Source: Delftia acidovorans NBRC 14950 (lineage in GTDB: Bacteria; Pseudomonadota; Gammaproteobacteria; Burkholderiales; Burkholderiaceae_C). Taken from it: 32,000 nucleotides of DNA. Positions 8,252 to 14,393 of the stretch are shown piece after piece. A program made the position numbers and the translations under genes. Position 1 is the first letter of the stretch. Every line of letters starts with the position of its first letter. A model generated the notes under the pieces. The model had not been told where the DNA came from and did not search any database. It was given only the letters and a program-made list of their open reading frames with translations. Location of the stretch: positions 180,001 through 212,000 of the forward strand of contig NZ_BCZP01000007.1 of NCBI RefSeq assembly GCF_001598795.1, written 5' to 3'.

Positions 8252-8470
8252 CTATCCGAAAACTGCGCCGCCCGCATCCAGCGAGGGCGGCCGCAGAAGA
8301 TCGGCATTGACGCCCATGGCCTCGCTTGCCCGCTCCACGGCCTGCCACAGCGGGGCGGGCATCTGCAGTATTTCCTCGGGGGAGTTCGCGCGGGCAATCC
8401 AGTCGCTGATCTCAACGTGCTGCTCGGGGGTGAGCAGGTCCAGGTTCAGCATTTCGTCAATGGTCTTCAT
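8252..8470 (-). CDS. Hypothetical small acidic protein, 72 aa
   Basis: MKTIDEMLNLDLLTPEQHVEISDWIARANSPEEILQMPAPLWQAVERASEAMGVNADLL.... Third-position GC and codon choice match neighbouring genes. No family recognised. The upstream part of ORF 8252..8644 runs through a tandem repeat and is rejected. Confidence 0.5.
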   Translation of the reverse strand: MKTIDEMLNLDLLTPEQHVEISDWIARANSPEEILQMPAPLWQAVERASEAMGVNADLLRPPSLDAGGAVFG

Positions 8471-8497
8471 CGGGTGTCGGTCTGTCGCTCTTGTGCA

Positions 8498-8541
8498 GGA
8501 GATGTGTGGGAGATGTGTGGGAGGTATGTGGGCAAGGTGCG
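8498..8541. repeat. Tandem repeat, 11-bp unit GGAGATGTGTG (two exact copies, then GGAGGTATGTG and degenerate GGCAAGGTGCG)
   Basis: Read directly. It lies between the beta-lactamase stop (8565) and the start of the small ORF (8470). Confidence 0.8.
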
Positions 8542-8564
8542 GAAAGGAAAACGCCCGTGCATTG

Positions 8565-9365
8565 TCAGCGGTCCGCGGCAGGCAGTCGCTGCAGCAGGGC
8601 ATCGCGTGCGCGCAGGCCGGCATTGGGCTTTTGCGCCTGCTCATCCTGGATCAGCGTGGCGAACACCAGCCTGCGCTGGTCCTTGGTGGCCCAGCCCACA
8701 TACCAGCCGTAGGCCCGGCTGGCATCGTAGCGGTTGTCGCTGCCGGGCGACCCGGTGCCGGTCTTGCCATGCACGGTCCAGCCGTCCACAGGCACGGGGT
8801 GCCGGGTGATGCGCGCAGTCATGTCGATGGCCTGACTGCTCACAGACAGTTCCCGGCGCACGATCTTGCGCATGAAGGCCACCTGCTCGGCCGCCGAGAT
8901 GCGCAGCGAGGACACCACCCACGCGCCGTTGTGGCCGGGATGGGCCACGGCAACGGCGGAGACATCCTCGTTGCCGTACTGGAAGGCCCTCACGTAGGCG
9001 CCAAACCGCTGCTGGCCCAGCTCCCGCGCCACCTGCTGCGAGTACCAGAACACCGAGTCCTTCATCCAAGCCTGGGGCGTGATCTCGCGCCGCCAGGCAT
9101 CGCCGCCCCAGTCCGGATACTCCGGTTGGTACGGCCACGCGGGCCGGGATTCGTCCTGCAGGATGCCGGCGTCATAGCCCATCAGGCTGATGGCGATCTT
9201 GAAGGTGGAGGCCGGCGTGACCCGCTCGGCGCAGGCCGGGCCGCTGTGCACCAGGGACTGGCCCGTGTCGGCGTCGGCGACGATGGTGCACAGTTCGTGC
9301 GCGCAAGCGGGAAGGCAAAAAAATGCTGCCACGACCGTGGCAGCAGACCCAGGAAATCCATGCAT
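8565..9365 (-). CDS. Class D (OXA-type) beta-lactamase
   Basis: All class D active-site elements are present in order: S-T-F-K (PASTFKIA), an SxV-equivalent (KDSVFWYSQQVARELG), YGN (FQYGNEDVS), the conserved Trp (GAWVVSSLRIS), KTG (HGKTGTG) and GWYVGW. It has a signal peptide (MHGFPGSAATVVAAFFCLPACA). The start is uncertain because no clear SD precedes 9365; in-frame alternatives are 9419 and 9449. Confidence 0.9.
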   Translation of the reverse strand: MHGFPGSAATVVAAFFCLPACAHELCTIVADADTGQSLVHSGPACAERVTPASTFKIAISLMGYDAGILQDESRPAWPYQPEYPDWGGDAWRREITPQAWMKDSVFWYSQQVARELGQQRFGAYVRAFQYGNEDVSAVAVAHPGHNGAWVVSSLRISAAEQVAFMRKIVRRELSVSSQAIDMTARITRHPVPVDGWTVHGKTGTGSPGSDNRYDASRAYGWYVGWATKDQRRLVFATLIQDEQAQKPNAGLRARDALLQRLPAADR

Positions 9366-9537
9366 GTGCTGTGTACTGTGTGCTGTCTGATGCAGTGTTA
9401 GTGTCTGGCGCGCGATCATAGATGCGCGCGCAGCCTTCGCAACGCCCATGCAGCAAACATCCCCACAGCGTCCTCGGCGGCCGCGTCAGGAACGCGCCGA
9501 GGGCAAGGGCTTCAGGCTTTGAGGCCCTGAGGGCCGG

Positions 9538-11232
9538 TCAGCCGGCCTCCGCCTCCTGCAACTGCCGCCACATCACCTTGCCGCTGCCGCTCTTGGGCAG
9601 GGCCTTGACGAACTGCACGATCTTGGGCGCCTTGTAGACGGCCATGTTCTCGCGGCACCACTGGATGATGTCCTCGGCCGTGGTGTCTTCCTTGCCGGCG
9701 CGCAGCACGACGACCGCCTTCACCGACTCGCCGCGGTAGGCGTCGCGCGTGGAGATCACGCAGGCTTCCTGGATGGCGGGGTGGCGGAACATCAGCGATT
9801 CGACCTCGGCCGGCCAGACCTTGAAGCCGCTGGCGTTGATCATGCGCTTGAGGCGGTCGGTGATGAAGTAGTAGCCGTCCTCGTCCACGTGGCCCAGGTC
9901 GCCGGTGCGAAAGAAGCGCTTGCCGTCGATCTCCATGAAGACCTGGGCCGTGGCGTCGGGCCGCTTCCAGTAGCCGTCGAAGACCTCGGGGCCGTGGACG
10001 ACGATTTCGCCCTGCTCGCCCTGCGGGACATCGGCGCCGGTTTCGGGGTCAATGACACGCGCCTCGGTGCTCATGAAGGGAATGCCCAGGCATTGCTGCT
10101 TGGGATGCTCGAACGGGTTGCTGTGCGTGGGCGCGGCCGTCTCGGTCAGGCCATAGCCCTCGCTGAAGCGCAGGCCGTATTGCTCCAGCAGGCGCTGGGC
10201 CACGGCCTGTGGCATGGCCGCACCGCCGCCGCCGATGTACTTGAGGCTGGTGAGGTCGAACTGCGCAAAGTTGGGGCTGCCCAGCAGGTCGATGACCATG
10301 GTGGGGATGTTGGTCCAGCTGGTGACCTGGTAGCGAGAGATCAGCCGCCCCGCCAGCTCGCGGTCCCAGCGCGGCATGACGACCAGGGTGGCGCCCACGA
10401 AGATGGCCGTGTGCAGCACCGAGACCATGCCCGTGATGTGGAACATGGGCACGACGGCCAGGACCACGGTCTCGCTGGTGCCGCTGCCCCAGTAGCTGCC
10501 CGCCACGGCGTTGTGGTTGATGGAGCGGTGCGGGTGCATGCATCCCTTGGGGTGGCCCGTGGTGCCGCTGGTGTAGGGCAGCACGGCCATGTCGTCGCGG
10601 CCCACCACATGGGGCGGCGCGGCTTCGGTGCAGGCCAGGGCCTGCTGCCAGGTGTGGACGCTGCCGCCATCGAGCACGGCCGGCTCACGCCGGGTGAGCA
10701 GCCAGTCGTGCCACTGCACGGGCGGGGCGTCGTCGCCCTGCACCCCGGCATCGAAGGCGTCCGTGAACTGGGTGACGACCAGGTGCTCCAGCCGCTGGCC
10801 GGGCGCCAGCGCATTGCTGGCCTTGGCCAGTTCGGGGGCCAGGTCGGCCGTGGTGATGGCGACCTTGGCATCGGCGTCGGTGATGTAGTGCCTGAGCTCC
10901 TCGGCCATGTTCATGGGGTTGACCGGCACCACCACCGCATTGGCGCGGAAGATGGCGTAGTGCGCCAGGATGAGCTGAGGCGTGTTCTGCATCAGCAGGA
11001 TCACGCGGTCGCCGCGCTGCACGCCCAGGCTGTGCAGGTAGGCCGCCATGCGCTCCGTGCCCTCGCACAGCTCGCGGTAGCTGATGGAGCTGCCGAAGTA
11101 GCGGATGGCTGCCTTGTCCGGGTAGCGTCGCGCATTGACGGCCAGGTTGTCCCAGACGCTGGTGGCGGGCACGGTGATGGAATGGGGCAGGCGGCTGGGC
11201 CAGAAAGCGTGGTGCGCGGGCTGGGAGGGCAT
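9538..11232 (-). CDS. AMP-dependent acyl-CoA synthetase (long-chain-fatty-acid--CoA ligase-like)
   Basis: Contains the AMP-binding motif LPYTSGTTGHPKG, plus GYGLTE, TGD (FRTGDLG) and a C-terminal PKSGSGKV. The start MPSQPAHHAFWPSRLP at 11232 gives 564 aa. The 812-aa ORF-track version carries a non-coding-looking extension. Confidence 0.9.
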   Translation of the reverse strand: MPSQPAHHAFWPSRLPHSITVPATSVWDNLAVNARRYPDKAAIRYFGSSISYRELCEGTERMAAYLHSLGVQRGDRVILLMQNTPQLILAHYAIFRANAVVVPVNPMNMAEELRHYITDADAKVAITTADLAPELAKASNALAPGQRLEHLVVTQFTDAFDAGVQGDDAPPVQWHDWLLTRREPAVLDGGSVHTWQQALACTEAAPPHVVGRDDMAVLPYTSGTTGHPKGCMHPHRSINHNAVAGSYWGSGTSETVVLAVVPMFHITGMVSVLHTAIFVGATLVVMPRWDRELAGRLISRYQVTSWTNIPTMVIDLLGSPNFAQFDLTSLKYIGGGGAAMPQAVAQRLLEQYGLRFSEGYGLTETAAPTHSNPFEHPKQQCLGIPFMSTEARVIDPETGADVPQGEQGEIVVHGPEVFDGYWKRPDATAQVFMEIDGKRFFRTGDLGHVDEDGYYFITDRLKRMINASGFKVWPAEVESLMFRHPAIQEACVISTRDAYRGESVKAVVVLRAGKEDTTAEDIIQWCRENMAVYKAPKIVQFVKALPKSGSGKVMWRQLQEAEAG

Positions 11233-11426
11233 GGGTGGATGGGCTTTGAAGTGTCGGTGAGTGGAAGGGACGGCGGCAATCCGCCTTGCCAGCGAGGCTA
11301 GGCCCACACCCGCTTCCCGGCATTGGGGAAGGCCCCAGGAGATCGTCGCCAAAGTGACGCTTGAGCGCCCATGGCATACCGCTGGCACCGCAACTCGCCT
11401 TGTGCTTTCGCAAGCCGGCCACGGGC

Positions 11427-11473
11427 ACGCCACAGGTACGCCCCAGGTACGCCCCAGGTACGCCACAGGTACG
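11427..11473. repeat. Tandem repeat, 11-bp unit ACGCC(A/C)CAGGT, 4.3 copies in an A-C-C-A variant order
   Basis: Read directly: acgccacaggt acgccccaggt acgccccaggt acgccacaggt acg. It ends 8 nt before the ATG at 11482, in the divergent intergenic region. Confidence 0.9.
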
Positions 11474-11481
11474 ATGGCGCC

Positions 11482-12012
11482 ATGCCCACCACGCCCCACC
11501 TGTCCCGCCTGCAGCTGTCGCTGCGCGATCTGCTGGCCCGCCACCGCAGCGCGGCCCTGGCCACCCAGCCCGCCGACTCCCCTGCCCCCGGGGCTGGCGA
11601 TGCACTGCCCGCTCCCCGGCTGTCCATGGTGCCCTGGGCCTGGAATGCGCAGTTTGCCTGCTTTGTGCTGCACGTCAGCGCACTGGCAGCGCACACGCGG
11701 GCCATGGAGCTGCACCCGGCCGTCAGCCTGCTGGTGTGCGCGGCCGAAGTGGACGGCGAGGGCGTGCATGCACTGGAGCGCGTGGCCATTGAAGGCGTGG
11801 CCAGCACGCCGCCGCCCGGCAGCGTGCTGGCCGATGGCGCGCGCGACAGCTATGTGCTGCGCTTCCCCGAAGCCGCGTTCATGACCGATCTGGGCGACTT
11901 CCGCTTTGTCTGCATCACGCCATCCATCGCCCGGCACGTGGCGGGCTTTGGCGCGGCGCGCGATGTGTCGGCCCATGACCTGATCGAAGCACTGAGCATC
12001 CAGCCCAGCTGA
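11482..12012 (+). CDS. Pyridoxamine-5'-phosphate-oxidase-fold protein (HugZ/HutZ-like putative heme-utilisation protein)
   Basis: 176 aa. The pattern LRDLLARHRSAALAT...SMVPWA...LHVSALAAHTRAMELHPAVSLLV...RVAIEG...RFPEA...LGDFRF...ARHVAGFGAA fits the COG0748-type split-barrel family from memory. No canonical SD. Confidence 0.65.
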   Translation: MPTTPHLSRLQLSLRDLLARHRSAALATQPADSPAPGAGDALPAPRLSMVPWAWNAQFACFVLHVSALAAHTRAMELHPAVSLLVCAAEVDGEGVHALERVAIEGVASTPPPGSVLADGARDSYVLRFPEAAFMTDLGDFRFVCITPSIARHVAGFGAARDVSAHDLIEALSIQPS

Positions 12013-12013
12013 C

Positions 12014-12517
12014 TCACTGGCCCCGCACGTGGGCCGCGATCAGGGCGCCCGCCGCATCGCCCTGCCCCGCCACGCAGGCGCGCACATGGTCTTCCCACAT
12101 CTGGCCCTGCTGCTCCACCTGGGCATGGACAAAGCGCTGCAGCATGCGCCGGGGATCATCGCAGCGCTCATAGGCATACGGGTCGCCGCGCGTGCACAGC
12201 GCCTTGAACTGCAGCCAGGCGGCCTGCCGCGTCACGGGCATGCCCTGCAGGCGCTGCCACTGGTGCAGCAACTCATGGGCAAAGATGCCTGCGATCTGCG
12301 GATGCGACAGGCGCAGCGGCTGGCGCGGATCGGACTGCGTGAAGAAGGCGCGCGGCATGAAGATGCGCCCGCCATTCATGGACAGCGCCCTGCGCGTATC
12401 GCCCAGCCGCCGCTGGTACAGGCGCAGGCGCGGCAGCAGCGCATCGAGCGAGGCGCCGAAATGCGTGCGCACAAAGGCCTGCTCCTGCGCGTCCAGTGGC
12501 CGGCTCCAGAAGACCAT
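12014..12517 (-). CDS. Small HExxH zincin-like protein (DUF4157-like; often annotated 'vgr related protein')
   Basis: 167 aa from MVFWSRPLD. The HExxH motif is in IAGIFAHELLHQWQ, preceded by GGRIFMP as in DUF4157-type domains. The ATG lies 2 nt after the LysR stop. The 471-aa ORF-track version is a shadow of the LysR gene. Confidence 0.65.
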   Translation of the reverse strand: MVFWSRPLDAQEQAFVRTHFGASLDALLPRLRLYQRRLGDTRRALSMNGGRIFMPRAFFTQSDPRQPLRLSHPQIAGIFAHELLHQWQRLQGMPVTRQAAWLQFKALCTRGDPYAYERCDDPRRMLQRFVHAQVEQQGQMWEDHVRACVAGQGDAAGALIAAHVRGQ

Positions 12518-12519
12518 GC

Positions 12520-13422
12520 TCAGCCGCCTGGCCCCTGCCGATAGCGCCGCGCCATGAAATCCACAAACGCGCGCACGGCCGGGCGCAGATGCCGCGTGCG
12601 CGGATACAGCGCGTGGTAGCTGTACTGCCCCAGATGAAAACAGGGCAGCACCCGCACCAGCTGGCCGCGCTCCACGGCCGAGCGCACGGTATGCCAGGTC
12701 AGCGCCGCAATGCCCCGGCCTGCGCGTGCGGCCTCGAAGATGGTGGCCACCGAATCGGTGCGCAGCGCCGTGTGCGGCTGCACCTCGGTCACGGCGCCCT
12801 GCCCAGACACCACGCTCCAGCGCAATGGAGCCGGGCCCGCCGCAAAGGCCAGGGCGCGGTGCTCGGCCAATTGCCCGGGCGCCTGCACCACGCCCTGGCG
12901 CATCAGGTAGGCGGGCGACGCCACCAGCACCAGCGGCGAATGCGTGAGCAGCCGCGCCTGCAGCCCGCTGTCCGGCAATTGCCGGCTGATGCGCACGGCC
13001 GCATCCACGCCCTCGGCCACCAGGTCCACCAGCCGGTCGGTGCACAGCAGCTGCAGCTCCAGCTCGGGGAATTGCTGCTCGAACTCGGGCAGCCAGTCGC
13101 CCAGCTCGATGGCGCCCACGGCCAGCGGCAGCGTGATGCGCAGCACGCCTGCCACGCGTGCGCGGCGCACGGCCAGCGCGGCCTCGGCCGCATCGAGCTG
13201 CTCCAGCAACTGCACGCAGCTCTGGTAGTAGCTGCGCCCCGCATCGGTCAGGCTCAGCCCGCGCGAATTGCGCTGCAGCAGCTGCGTGCCCAGTTCCGAC
13301 TCCAGCCATTTGACATGGCGCGACGCCGTGGAATGCGTCATGCCCAGCCGATCCTGGGCCGCCGTGAAACCCTGCGCGTCCACCACGCCGCAGAACACCC
13401 GCATGGCTTGCCATCTGTCCAT
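12520..13422 (-). CDS. LysR-family transcriptional regulator
   Basis: N-terminal HTH (MDRWQAMRVFCGVVDAQGFTAAQDRLGMTHSTASRHVKWLESELGTQLLQRNSRGLSLTDAG) plus a LysR substrate-binding domain. 300 aa. Confidence 0.9.
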   Translation of the reverse strand: MDRWQAMRVFCGVVDAQGFTAAQDRLGMTHSTASRHVKWLESELGTQLLQRNSRGLSLTDAGRSYYQSCVQLLEQLDAAEAALAVRRARVAGVLRITLPLAVGAIELGDWLPEFEQQFPELELQLLCTDRLVDLVAEGVDAAVRISRQLPDSGLQARLLTHSPLVLVASPAYLMRQGVVQAPGQLAEHRALAFAAGPAPLRWSVVSGQGAVTEVQPHTALRTDSVATIFEAARAGRGIAALTWHTVRSAVERGQLVRVLPCFHLGQYSYHALYPRTRHLRPAVRAFVDFMARRYRQGPGG

Positions 13423-13483
13423 TGCTCATGCACTCCTTTGGCGGGGATTGTGGAGCATGGACCGCCGATGCCGCCCAGCCCGC

Positions 13484-14134
13484 TCAGCGCAGCGCCAGCT
13501 CCAGAATGCCGTCCGTGGACAGCACATCGCCAAACACATCCTCGATCTCGGCCAGCGCGGCACGGTGCAGGCTGTCGGCGTCCACGGATTCGCCGTTGCT
13601 GCGCGTGATGGCACGTGTGGCCACGGCATCGCTGGCCACGACGACCTCGAAGCCCAGCGGCGCGGCATCGCGTGCGGCGCCGGCCACGCAGGCGTGGGTC
13701 ATGAGGCCGCAGATGACCACGGTGGTGATGCCACGCGCGCGCAGCTGGTCGGCCAGGTCGGTGCCGACGAAGGCGCTGACGCTGCGCTTTTGCACCACGG
13801 TGTCGCCCGCGCGCGGCTGCAGGCCGGGGTGGAACTGGACGGCGCTGCCATTGATGGCGAACACGGGCGCACCTTCGGGGGCAATGTGCTGGATGTGGAA
13901 CACGGCAACCTGCCCGGCATCGGCCCATTGCAGCAGGCGCCGGGCCTGCTCCAGGACCTGCGGGCCGCGCGGGATGGGCAGGCGGCCGCTGAAGTACTCG
14001 TTCTGGAAGTCGATGACCAGCAGCGCCGTGGCACCCAGTGGCAACTGGCTGCGCCCCGGCGCGCCCGACAGGGCGCGGAGGGTGGGATGGCTGGTGGATT
14101 GGGTGGCCTGGCTGGCCTGTTCTGCGAGTGACAT
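13484..14134 (-). CDS. Isochorismatase-family cysteine hydrolase
   Basis: Start at MSLAEQ (14134), 216 aa. The catalytic triad context is present: LLVIDFQNEY (Asp), VVQKRSVSAF (Lys) and VVICGLMTHACV (Cys). Confidence 0.85.
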   Translation of the reverse strand: MSLAEQASQATQSTSHPTLRALSGAPGRSQLPLGATALLVIDFQNEYFSGRLPIPRGPQVLEQARRLLQWADAGQVAVFHIQHIAPEGAPVFAINGSAVQFHPGLQPRAGDTVVQKRSVSAFVGTDLADQLRARGITTVVICGLMTHACVAGAARDAAPLGFEVVVASDAVATRAITRSNGESVDADSLHRAALAEIEDVFGDVLSTDGILELALR

Positions 14135-14218
14135 GCAGTGCTCCTGAAAACGGGAAGTGGTTGATGCCTGCAGTCTAGAAACGCACAGGGCCCGCAGCAA
14201 CGCCATGGAGCGGCCAGC

Positions 14219-14241
14219 ATCTGTGCAGGTTCTGCACAGAT
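14219..14241. promoter_or_regulatory. Perfect 10-bp inverted repeat ATCTGTGCAG-GTT-CTGCACAGAT, about 85 bp upstream of the isochorismatase-family gene; candidate operator
   Basis: Read directly. It is a 23-bp dyad in the 259-bp intergenic region between the hrpA stop and the isochorismatase start. Confidence 0.35.
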
Positions 14242-14346
14242 CACCCATGCATTGAAAAATGCCCCATCTCAGTGATGGCGCAAACGGACTTGCATCGCTC
14301 CAACCGGCCGCGTGCCGGTGAAGGTGGCGATGCCGCATTGAAACAT

Positions 14347-14384
14347 GGCCTGCGGCCCTCCCGCTCAAGAAAGGGCCGCAGGCC
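14347..14384 (-). terminator. Terminator-like hairpin downstream of hrpA
   Basis: A 13-bp perfect stem, GGCCTGCGGCCCT (14347-14359) paired with AGGGCCGCAGGCC (14372-14384), with a 12-nt loop. It begins 10 nt after the hrpA stop. The trailing sequence on the minus strand is ATGTTTCAAT, so the U-run is weak. Confidence 0.55.
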
Positions 14385-14393
14385 GGCACGGCG

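Noticed and set aside
9366-9433. TG-rich heptad run (GTGCTGT GTACTGT GTGCTGT) and a GCGCGC...GCGCGC hairpin upstream of the beta-lactamase start, considered as an attenuator.
   Set aside because: The heptads are imperfect and few. The hairpin stem is just a self-complementary GC run with no U-tract. This is noted only as the reason the start codon is uncertain.
8471-9537. Integron cassette or mobile context for the class D beta-lactamase (attC site, transposase, inverted repeats).
   Set aside because: No GTTRRRY / RYYYAAC core pair with an imperfect palindrome was seen downstream of the stop. No integrase or transposase is present in the window. Codon usage matches the neighbours, so the gene looks chromosomal and intrinsic.
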